From NCBI RefSeq assembly GCF_029504745.1, contig NZ_JAQFIQ010000024.1, forward strand, positions 1 to 32,000: a stretch of 32,000 nucleotides of DNA, written 5' to 3'. Positions 18,685 to 26,134 of this stretch are shown here, piece after piece. The stretch is from Breznakia sp. PF5-3 (lineage in GTDB: Bacteria; Bacillota_I; Bacilli_A; Erysipelotrichales; Erysipelotrichaceae). Below the pieces are notes generated by a model. The model saw only the letters and a list, made by a program, of their open reading frames with translations. It was not told the origin of the DNA and did not search any database. How positions within the stretch are numbered: the stretch's first letter is position 1; the number at the start of each line of letters is the position of its first letter. The translations under genes and the position numbers were made by a program.

Positions 18685-19461
18685 TTATACCTCCTCAGCA
18701 AAGCCTTTTTCAAGCTTTTTAAACACTGCATAGCCAACAAATAAAATAATCAAACTTACAATAATAACATATGCAAGCATTCCGAAATCGGGAAGCTGAT
18801 GATTAAGAAAAATATCCCTATAAGAATTAATGATTGTAGTAAGAGGATTAATTTTAAATAATACTGAAATTGTAGATTTTGAGAACTGCGATACATCATA
18901 TAAAATTGGAGTTCCATAAAATAACATATTCAAAATAAATTGAACAATATATTCAGTATCTTTTATATAAACGTTGATTGCGCTCAAAAGAAAAATCATC
19001 CCTAATATAAGAATAGATTGAATCAGAGCAAGGAAAGGTAACAAAATAATATGCCAACTTATCCAAGAACCGCCAAATATTACAAAAACAACAATTATTA
19101 TACATGAAATAAAGAAATTAACCAGCCCACTAATTACTACTGAAATAGGTAATATCTCTCTAGGAAAGTATACTTTTTTAATAATCCCTGCATTTGAGCG
19201 AATTACAGCCATTCCTTGATTCACAGAAGTAATAAAAAAAGTCCATGGAATAATTCCGACTACTAAAAATAATAAATAATTATCTACTGTTGTTCTCATA
19301 ATATAAGGAAAAACAAGTACATACACAAGTACTTGTAATAAAGGTGATATAAAAGACCATAATACACCAAGTAAAGACCCCTTATACTTTCCCCTAATTT
19401 CCTTTTTTACATTTGATTTTAATAACTCTCTATAATTATATAAGTCATTGAATAATTTCAT
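18685..19461 (-). CDS. ABC-2 type polysaccharide/teichoic-acid exporter permease (Wzm/TagG/RgpC-like)
   Basis: 258 aa and 6 hydrophobic spans. The N-terminus YRELLKSNVKKEIRGKYKGSLLGVLWSFISPLLQV is typical of ABC-2 permeases. It is adjacent to the cognate ATPase. Confidence 0.9.
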   Translation of the reverse strand: MKLFNDLYNYRELLKSNVKKEIRGKYKGSLLGVLWSFISPLLQVLVYVLVFPYIMRTTVDNYLLFLVVGIIPWTFFITSVNQGMAVIRSNAGIIKKVYFPREILPISVVISGLVNFFISCIIIVVFVIFGGSWISWHIILLPFLALIQSILILGMIFLLSAINVYIKDTEYIVQFILNMLFYGTPILYDVSQFSKSTISVLFKINPLTTIINSYRDIFLNHQLPDFGMLAYVIIVSLIILFVGYAVFKKLEKGFAEEV

Positions 19462-19472
19462 ATTTGTTCCCT

Positions 19473-20609
19473 CTATTCTTTTACAAATAAATTAGTTTTC
19501 TTTGAAATAAGCTGATTCCCATTTTTATCAAACACTTGAATCTCAAAAATGTGTCTTCCAATTTCCAATGTGTCAATTTTTAAAGGACACTTCCAGCCAG
19601 GATTTTCATTAGCATAAGCTCCTCCATATTTTTCAGAATAAACTCGCAATACATCAGGACGCTTTTCTCTTTCAATTCCTGATATTTCTTTTTTATCTAA
19701 ATAACACTTTACAACTGCTTCTGAATCTTCACACATAACCCAACCCTTAGCATACACATCCGTTTCATTTAACTCATAAACACTATTTGCTATTGGTTCA
19801 TCAATATAAGCATTTGCTTGATAAATGTATTCTCCATCAGCAGATTTAGCTTTCAATGTTTCTAAATAATCTGCATTTATACGTTCTAAATAGGAATCAA
19901 TTACTGTAATAGGATCACCATCAGCAGACACTTTCCCGTGATAAATCCATATGGCTCTATCACATAATGCTTTTACGACATCTAAACTATGCGAGACAAT
20001 CACGATTGTCTTATTACTATCTCTTAATTCTTCTAACTTAGCATAACATTTATCTTGAAAATGTTGATCACCAACTGCTAAAATTTCATCAATCAGCAAA
20101 ATTTCAGCATCTACATTAATAGCAATCGAAAAAGCCAAACGCATATACATCCCAGAAGAATATGTACGAATAGGATTATCAATAAAACTATCTAATTCAG
20201 AAAACTCGATAATTTCATCGACACGTTTATCAATTTCTTGTCTTGTAAGTCCAAAAATTGCAGCATTAAAATATATATTCTCACGTCCTGTAAAATCTGG
20301 ATGAAATCCTGCACCTAGTTCCAAAAGAGATGTCAGTTTCCCAAATGTTTCGATTGTTCCGCTTGTTGGATATAGTATTTTGGTCATCAATTTCAATAAT
20401 GTAGATTTACCACTTCCATTGGACCCAATTAATGAAACTGTTTCACCTTTTTTTATTTCTATATTTATATCTTGTAAGACATGATGTAGTTCTGACTTTT
20501 CTTTTTTCCAAAAAACCAAATTTTCTTTCAATGTTTGAGGCTTATCATAAACCCTTTTGAAATCTTTATTCATATCTGTAACTTTTATAGCAATACTATC
20601 GTTTTTCAT
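19473..20609 (-). CDS. Polysaccharide ABC exporter ATP-binding protein (Wzt/TagH/RgpD-like) with a roughly 130-aa C-terminal extension
   Basis: Walker A GSNGSGKST, signature YSSGMYMRLAF, Walker B ILLIDE, H-loop VSHS. Residues about 250-378 lie beyond the nucleotide-binding domain. Confidence 0.9.
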   Translation of the reverse strand: MKNDSIAIKVTDMNKDFKRVYDKPQTLKENLVFWKKEKSELHHVLQDINIEIKKGETVSLIGSNGSGKSTLLKLMTKILYPTSGTIETFGKLTSLLELGAGFHPDFTGRENIYFNAAIFGLTRQEIDKRVDEIIEFSELDSFIDNPIRTYSSGMYMRLAFSIAINVDAEILLIDEILAVGDQHFQDKCYAKLEELRDSNKTIVIVSHSLDVVKALCDRAIWIYHGKVSADGDPITVIDSYLERINADYLETLKAKSADGEYIYQANAYIDEPIANSVYELNETDVYAKGWVMCEDSEAVVKCYLDKKEISGIEREKRPDVLRVYSEKYGGAYANENPGWKCPLKIDTLEIGRHIFEIQVFDKNGNQLISKKTNLFVKE

Positions 20610-20639
20610 ATTCAGTCTCCTTTTACTAGAAACTACTTT

Positions 20640-20648
20640 ATTATAACA
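20640..20648 (-). promoter_or_regulatory. Candidate extended -10 promoter for the ABC exporter operon
   Basis: The minus strand reads TGTTATAAT (TG-N-TATAAT) in the 163-bp gap, about 30 nt upstream of the AAGGAG RBS of the ATPase gene. The -35 is weak. Confidence 0.45.
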
Positions 20649-20772
20649 AAAATTGTAGTGTTTTACACTCTTTATCTATGAAACTTGTTATTTGTTAAAA
20701 AAGAATATCCTTCTTCATTTCGGTACTATTATAAAAAAACTAGAACTTTTAAGTTTTATTATCCATTCCAGT

Positions 20773-21924
20773 TTATAGTTTTGTATCTTCAATCTCAGAC
20801 ATTAAATGTAACCACTCTTTCTCTGTGTTTTCACAACTAAAATCCATTGCTCTAAATCTAGCATTTTCATTCATATCTTCCAATTGCTTTTTATTTTCCA
20901 CTAAATCTATTGCTGTCTTAACATAGACAGCTTTATTTCTGTTTTTTATTAAATATCCATTTATACCATTTTTAATAATTTCATTTGCTCCTTGTGCACT
21001 ATCAAAAGCAATACAAGGAAGTCCAAAACTCATCGCTTCTAGCAAAACAAAACCAAAAGATTCTGTAAATGATGTCATTAAAAACACATTAGACAAACTA
21101 TATAAATTATTGATTTGATCTTTATATAAATATCCATGAATACAAACATAGTCTTCTAGTTTGTATTCTTTCACTTTATTCTTTACCAAACTCATCAATG
21201 CTCCATCCCCAACAATATGTAAGAAAGCATCGGGAATTTTTTGCCAAATTTCGTAAAAAATGTCAATCAAATCCAAAACTCCTTTTTCCTTTGAAATTCT
21301 ACCTACACTAATAAACGTCATTTTACTTTCATCATTCTTTGTCAACGGTAAGTCTTTTGGCTCATCAATACAAAAAGGAATATATCGAACTTCCACATTT
21401 TCGAGATATTTTTGATAAAATGTTGTTAATTCTTTTGAAATTGGTAACATATAGTCAAAATGATTGCAAGAGTGAACAAGCTTATCAATATACTTTTTGT
21501 CATTATTATGATGATTATGTTCTGTAGCTATTTTTATTATATTTTTAGCTGCATATTTTTGAATTAATTTATTATGAAAAATTCTGGTAGATATTATTAC
21601 ATCTGCTTTGCATTTTTTTATTGCTTGTATATTTCTTTTTTTTCTTAAAATCAAGATTTTTAAAGATACGAAGCCTTCTCTCACAATACTCAAAAATTTT
21701 TTTGAATGAATAGCTTTTTTAAATTTTTCCTTGTTTGGTTTTAAATCCTCTATCAAATAAGAAATCCTAATTCTCTTATCCACTGGAAAAGATGGCGATT
21801 CTAAAACCTTATATGTTGATACAATTTCAACTTCATATTTCTTGCACAACATATTAGCTATTGTAATCACATATTTTTCTACACCACCAAACCCTAAGTG
21901 TAATGCAAATATCGTTATCTTCAT
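20773..21924 (-). CDS. Glycosyltransferase family 4 (GT-B)
   Basis: 383 aa. N-terminus MKITIFALHLGFGGVEKYV and an EX7E-type region ESFGFVLLEAMSFGLPCIAFD. Confidence 0.85.
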   Translation of the reverse strand: MKITIFALHLGFGGVEKYVITIANMLCKKYEVEIVSTYKVLESPSFPVDKRIRISYLIEDLKPNKEKFKKAIHSKKFLSIVREGFVSLKILILRKKRNIQAIKKCKADVIISTRIFHNKLIQKYAAKNIIKIATEHNHHNNDKKYIDKLVHSCNHFDYMLPISKELTTFYQKYLENVEVRYIPFCIDEPKDLPLTKNDESKMTFISVGRISKEKGVLDLIDIFYEIWQKIPDAFLHIVGDGALMSLVKNKVKEYKLEDYVCIHGYLYKDQINNLYSLSNVFLMTSFTESFGFVLLEAMSFGLPCIAFDSAQGANEIIKNGINGYLIKNRNKAVYVKTAIDLVENKKQLEDMNENARFRAMDFSCENTEKEWLHLMSEIEDTKL

Positions 21925-21934
21925 GATTTCCTTT

Positions 21935-22300
21935 CTATCTTATCTTTTCTTTTTCTGACTTTTCTTTTCTTTCTTTATACTGTAATAAACTCAACTTTTG
22001 AATCAATTCTTTATTTTTTTCTTTTAAGCTTGAAATTGTAATCATCTGCATAAACAAAATAATGTATAAGAAAAATGTAAATAACGATAGAATAAAATTA
22101 CTAGTTGAAATAAATCCAAGTTTTCGAGAAACCCACATAGCAAGATTAGGAAACACACTTAAAATAAGTAATAATATTGCCCATATCATCCAAATTATCG
22201 CATCATCTATATTTAATTTATGTTTTCTTATTCTTCTGATAACGAAAAGTAATGTAGCTAAGCTTGCAAGAATAAATACAAATTGTAATTGATATGACAT
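21935..22300 (-). CDS. Small membrane protein, DUF2304/GacJ-like partner of the upstream GT2
   Basis: 121 aa, with 3-4 hydrophobic spans and a charged K/E-rich tail (KEKNKELIQKLSLLQYKERKEKSEKEKIR). It starts 9 nt after the GacI-like gene. The size and pairing match the GacI/GacJ arrangement. Confidence 0.65.
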   Translation of the reverse strand: MSYQLQFVFILASLATLLFVIRRIRKHKLNIDDAIIWMIWAILLLILSVFPNLAMWVSRKLGFISTSNFILSLFTFFLYIILFMQMITISSLKEKNKELIQKLSLLQYKERKEKSEKEKIR

Positions 22301-22308
22301 ATTTACAC

Positions 22309-23007
22309 CTATTTAACCTTTCTAAATGGTTGAATCAAAAAAATTGAGATTAGCATTCTGCTCATATATTTGACCGTATTAGGTAAGTTCAAATAAGATT
22401 CTCCAAATTCTCTATCACTCATTTCAACCTGTACTTCTTTTATTTTTCGCTTTTTTCTAATCATGTATACCAATGTATCAGGCTCTGGAGGATTATTCAT
22501 ATCAGTAGCATAATCAACAATTGTTTCTTTATCATAAGCTCTAAGTCCACTTGTAGGATCTTTTATTGTATTAAAAGTAACAAGTTTAATTGCTAAAGAA
22601 AGTAACCGACTTCCTAACATTCTAGCACTCAAAGATTTTTTATTGGTCACAAACCTTGAGCCAATTACAATATTATTTCCTTTTGAAATTTCATCAACCA
22701 TATTATCTAAATAGTCTGCATCATGTTGCCCATCTCCATCAAATTGTATCGCTACATCATATCCATGTTCCATCGCATATTTAAATCCTGTCTGAACAGC
22801 ACCAAACAAACCAAGATTTGCAAAACCATCGATATAGTTACATCCACACTTTTCTAAAATCTCCAATGTATTATCTTTTGATCCATCATTGATAACAATA
22901 AAATCATACTGTGGAACCTTGGTCTTTAAATCATGAATTACTTTTTCTATATTTAATGCTTCATTATACGCTGGAACAATAACCAACGTTTTTAAATTTT
23001 CTTTCAT
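22309..23007 (-). CDS. Polyprenyl-phosphate sugar synthase, GT2 (GacI/GtrB/CsbB-like, soluble short form)
   Basis: 232 aa. Motifs LVIVPAYNEALNIEKVI, IVINDGSKDNT, AIQFDGDGQHD, IVIGSRF, DPTSGLRAY. It has no C-terminal TM helices and is followed by the small membrane partner. Confidence 0.75.
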   Translation of the reverse strand: MKENLKTLVIVPAYNEALNIEKVIHDLKTKVPQYDFIVINDGSKDNTLEILEKCGCNYIDGFANLGLFGAVQTGFKYAMEHGYDVAIQFDGDGQHDADYLDNMVDEISKGNNIVIGSRFVTNKKSLSARMLGSRLLSLAIKLVTFNTIKDPTSGLRAYDKETIVDYATDMNNPPEPDTLVYMIRKKRKIKEVQVEMSDREFGESYLNLPNTVKYMSRMLISIFLIQPFRKVK

Positions 23008-23036
23008 ATTTTCTCCATTGTATAAACTCTCATATC

Positions 23037-23065
23037 ATTTTACACAATAATACTAATTTTTACAA
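23037..23065 (-). promoter_or_regulatory. Candidate sigma-A promoter for the GacI-like / GacJ-like / GT4 unit
   Basis: Minus strand TTGTAA (23065-23060), 17-nt spacer, TAAAAT (23042-23037). It sits just downstream of the galE terminator. Confidence 0.45.
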
Positions 23066-23113
23066 ATTTCTTTCCAATATGTTTTGAATTTTCTATTTCT
23101 ATACAAATTTCAC

Positions 23114-23142
23114 AAAAAAGAACATGAATTTATTTCATGCTC
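23114..23142 (-). terminator. Rho-independent terminator of galE
   Basis: Minus-strand RNA GAGCAUGAA-AUAAA-UUCAUGUUC forms a 9-bp stem with one G-U pair, followed by U6. It starts about 10 nt after the galE stop. Confidence 0.7.
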
Positions 23143-23152
23143 CTTTTTCATA

Positions 23153-24157
23153 TTAACTATTTTTTTTCAAAAAATTCCAAGAATCTCTCATCATATCATC
23201 AATTCCCTTTTCAGCACTCCATCCAAGTTCATTATAAGCCTTCGATGTATCTGCATAACATGTAGCGATATCTCCAGCACGTCGTTCTTTAATCTCATAA
23301 GGAACATCTATTCCATTTATATTTGAAAAAGCATTTACAATATCTAAAACGCTATACCCTTTTCCAGTACCTAGATTGTATGTATCAACCCCAATTGTTT
23401 CCTTTTCTAATTTTTGAATTGCACTTACATGGCCTTTTGCTAAATCAACCACATGAATATAGTCACGAACACCTGTTCCATCAGGCGTTGGATAATCATT
23501 TCCCCATACATTCAAAAAAGGAAGTTCTTTATTTGCTACTTTCACAATATACGGTAATAAATTATTTGGAATGTCATTTGGGCTTTCTCCCAGTAAACCA
23601 CTTTCATGTGCACCAATAGGATTAAAATAACGCAATAGAGCAACATTCCATTTATTATCAGATATATATATATCTTCTAGTATTTTTTCAATCATCAATT
23701 TTGTCGTTCCATAAGGATTTGTTGTTGGGCCCAAATCAAAATCTTCTTTGATTGGTACAGATTTAGGGCTTCCATATACAGTTGCACTAGAACTAAAAAC
23801 AAATTTCTTACATCCATGATTTCTCATCACATCACAAAGAACAAGAGTGCTCATTAAATTATTAGAGTAATATTCTATCGGCTTTTCAACCGATTCTCCC
23901 ACTGCCTTATACCCAGCAAAATGAATAACTGCATCTATTTTATTTTCATTAAATATTTTATTTACAACTATGTTATCGCAAACATCGCCAATATAGCACT
24001 TAAAATCTTTTCCTGTTATTTTTTTTATTCGATCAATTACATCTCTTTTTGAATTATATAAATTATCAATAATCGTAATTTCATACCCACTATTAAGTAA
24101 TTCAACACATGTATGACTACCTATGAAACCTAATCCTCCAGTGATTAATACATTCAT
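23153..24157 (-). CDS. galE: UDP-glucose 4-epimerase
   Basis: 334 aa. Motifs MNVLITGGLGFIGSH, SSSATVYG, PYGTTKLMIE (YxxxK), LRYFNPIGAH. Confidence 0.9.
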   Translation of the reverse strand: MNVLITGGLGFIGSHTCVELLNSGYEITIIDNLYNSKRDVIDRIKKITGKDFKCYIGDVCDNIVVNKIFNENKIDAVIHFAGYKAVGESVEKPIEYYSNNLMSTLVLCDVMRNHGCKKFVFSSSATVYGSPKSVPIKEDFDLGPTTNPYGTTKLMIEKILEDIYISDNKWNVALLRYFNPIGAHESGLLGESPNDIPNNLLPYIVKVANKELPFLNVWGNDYPTPDGTGVRDYIHVVDLAKGHVSAIQKLEKETIGVDTYNLGTGKGYSVLDIVNAFSNINGIDVPYEIKERRAGDIATCYADTSKAYNELGWSAEKGIDDMMRDSWNFLKKNS

Positions 24158-24205
24158 ATTACTTCCTCCTAATTAGTCTTGTTTGAACAATAATTACTAA
24201 AGCCA

Positions 24206-24234
24206 ATTATACCTTATGTCCTATATAGTTACAA
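24206..24234 (-). promoter_or_regulatory. Candidate sigma-A promoter for galE
   Basis: Minus strand TTGTAA (24234-24229), 17-nt spacer, consensus TATAAT (24211-24206). AGGAGG RBS downstream. Confidence 0.55.
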
Positions 24235-24251
24235 CTTTCATCAAACATAAC

Positions 24252-25103
24252 CTATTTGAAATGATACACTATTCGTAAAATAAACAAACTAAATTTTTCT
24301 GTTACTTTTAAAAATAATCGAGACATTATTCCAGCATGATTATATTCACATTGAAAATATAATTGGCTTTTTTTCAGCTCACGATATTTATTAATCTTAT
24401 CAATACTTTTATCTATACTTACGGAATGATTATGAAACACTTCTTGCTCTGTATTCACATATGTTTTTTTGCCAAGTTTTTTCATTTTTTTACCAATTAT
24501 GTTCTCCTCATAATATAGAAAAACATTCTCATCATAAAAATCTGCCTCTATCAACGCATTAGAATCAATTATAAAAAAGCTTCCTGAAACTGCCTCTACT
24601 TCAACAAGTTTATCGTGATACATAATATCTGGATAAAGTAAGAGTTTCGACCTCAATATACGATGTATAAACACTAGATTCAATAACCCATCTTGAAATG
24701 GTGTAGGTATTTTCCATCCTCTGTTTAAGCCCTTTTTTTCTTTAACAATAGGCGCAATAATTCCAGCATTATCTGGAAAATCATCAAGAATAGATATTAG
24801 GATTTGCTCATTTTTAATTTCAATATCACTATTACTAACAATAATCCTGCAGTCTCCTAAAATATCTATAATATACTTACTTCCATAATTGATTCCATAT
24901 CCATATCCACCATTTTTATCACTTTTTAAAATATAAAAATGTTCTGTTTTCTCATACTCTTTTAATATTTCAAAAGAATTATCTGTTGATGCATTATCTA
25001 CTACGACTATCATATCAATAAATGAATAACTTTCTATAGAATTCAAAAGCTTCTTTGTAGTTATAGCATCATTATAATTAATTATAAGAAAAGCTGTTTT
25101 CAT
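24252..25103 (-). CDS. Glycosyltransferase family 2 (WbbL-like, VVDNxS type)
   Basis: 283 aa. Motifs MKTAFLIINYNDAITTKKLLNSI, VVVVDNASTDNS, NGGYGYGINYG, VSNSD. Confidence 0.75.
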   Translation of the reverse strand: MKTAFLIINYNDAITTKKLLNSIESYSFIDMIVVVDNASTDNSFEILKEYEKTEHFYILKSDKNGGYGYGINYGSKYIIDILGDCRIIVSNSDIEIKNEQILISILDDFPDNAGIIAPIVKEKKGLNRGWKIPTPFQDGLLNLVFIHRILRSKLLLYPDIMYHDKLVEVEAVSGSFFIIDSNALIEADFYDENVFLYYEENIIGKKMKKLGKKTYVNTEQEVFHNHSVSIDKSIDKINKYRELKKSQLYFQCEYNHAGIMSRLFLKVTEKFSLFILRIVYHFK

Positions 25104-25153
25104 AAACTACTTCCTCTCTTCTATACAATGATTATTTTTAAAATAAACAATCA

Positions 25154-25633
25154 TTATCTCTTATCTATTTCCTCTGCAATTTGATTACAAAATTGTTCAT
25201 TATTACTTCGATATGGTTGAGGAACAAAACTCTCTATCTTCAAAACTGCATCATTTATATCTTTAACCTGTAAACAACCAAGAATATACCTCATATCATT
25301 AAATCTTGAAACTATTTCAACTTGATGGTTATTTTCATGCTCATTAAATTCTTTTAAACGAGATACAGCAATTACCTTTTTATCCATAGTAATGCTTGTT
25401 AATATAGACCCAACGCCACCATGAGTAATAATATAATTACTTTTTTCTAAATATGTATTAAACTCATCAAAAGGAATAAAATCTAATATTTTCATATTTT
25501 TTGAATTGTATTTTGTGTATCCACTTTGTACCACTACTTCATCATTGATGATACCATCATCAATCAATTTATCAATCTCTTTTAATAGTCGAACAAAGCT
25601 TTTATCTTGTGTTCCTAATGTAACAAATATCAT
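25154..25633 (-). CDS. Alg13-like glycosyltransferase subunit (GT28 C-terminal half; Cps14G/CpsG/PssE-like)
   Basis: Motifs MIFVTLGTQDKSFVRLLKEID, ITHGGVGSI, NEHENNHQVE. I take the start as the ATG at 25633 (AGGAG upstream), 8 nt after the Alg14-like stop. The ORF-track extension to 25699 would overlap. Confidence 0.8.
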   Translation of the reverse strand: MIFVTLGTQDKSFVRLLKEIDKLIDDGIINDEVVVQSGYTKYNSKNMKILDFIPFDEFNTYLEKSNYIITHGGVGSILTSITMDKKVIAVSRLKEFNEHENNHQVEIVSRFNDMRYILGCLQVKDINDAVLKIESFVPQPYRSNNEQFCNQIAEEIDKR

Positions 25634-25641
25634 ATGTGCTC

Positions 25642-26112
25642 CTAAAAAATCCATCCGCCATAAATGGCTTTCGGATATAATTCTAACATACTCTCCCATT
25701 GAACAACAAACACATCTGCTATTGGATATACTATTCGTCCTGACAGAGTACGAGTGTGAATGTTTGCAAATGTTTCAATGAAAATAATTTTTTTACGAAA
25801 TAACTTTGCAATATAACACATTGGAACTGCAGTATGTGCCCCAGTGGTAACAACCACATCTGGACGATATTTAAAAAACAGAGCAATACTTTTAAAACAA
25901 TTCCAAGGAAACACAAATGCATATACAAATAAATTATGTTTCGTCCCGTATGCTAAAAAGGAAATCCTATCATGATATTGCTTTATCAGCGAAATATTGG
26001 ATTTCGTTTTTTCAGTTACTATGTGATAATCATAGTTTGAAAAAATTCTTTTTAACTGTAGCAACTCAGAGAGGTGTCCTCCAGTGCTTGAAATAAACAT
26101 AACTTTTTTCAT
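25642..26112 (-). CDS. Alg14-like glycosyltransferase subunit (membrane-anchoring/acceptor half; Cps14F/CpsF/PssD-like)
   Basis: 156 aa. Motifs MKKVMFISSTGGHLSELLQL, RPDVVVTTGAHTAVPMCYIAKLF, IFIETFAN. Confidence 0.8.
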   Translation of the reverse strand: MKKVMFISSTGGHLSELLQLKRIFSNYDYHIVTEKTKSNISLIKQYHDRISFLAYGTKHNLFVYAFVFPWNCFKSIALFFKYRPDVVVTTGAHTAVPMCYIAKLFRKKIIFIETFANIHTRTLSGRIVYPIADVFVVQWESMLELYPKAIYGGWIF

Positions 26113-26134
26113 TGCTTTTTTCCTTTTCTAATTT

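Noticed and set aside
20690-20713. A 7-codon mini-ORF (ATG AAG AAG GAT ATT CTT TTT TAA, minus strand) in the 163-bp gap before the ABC exporter genes, considered as a leader peptide.
   Set aside because: It has no RBS and lies upstream of the proposed extended -10 promoter. No associated attenuator hairpin is present.
14177-25103. Two GT2 proteins of identical length (283 aa, at 14177-15028 and 24252-25103), considered as a recent duplication.
   Set aside because: They share only family-level motifs (VVDNxS, NSD) and are otherwise very divergent by eye. The equal length appears coincidental.
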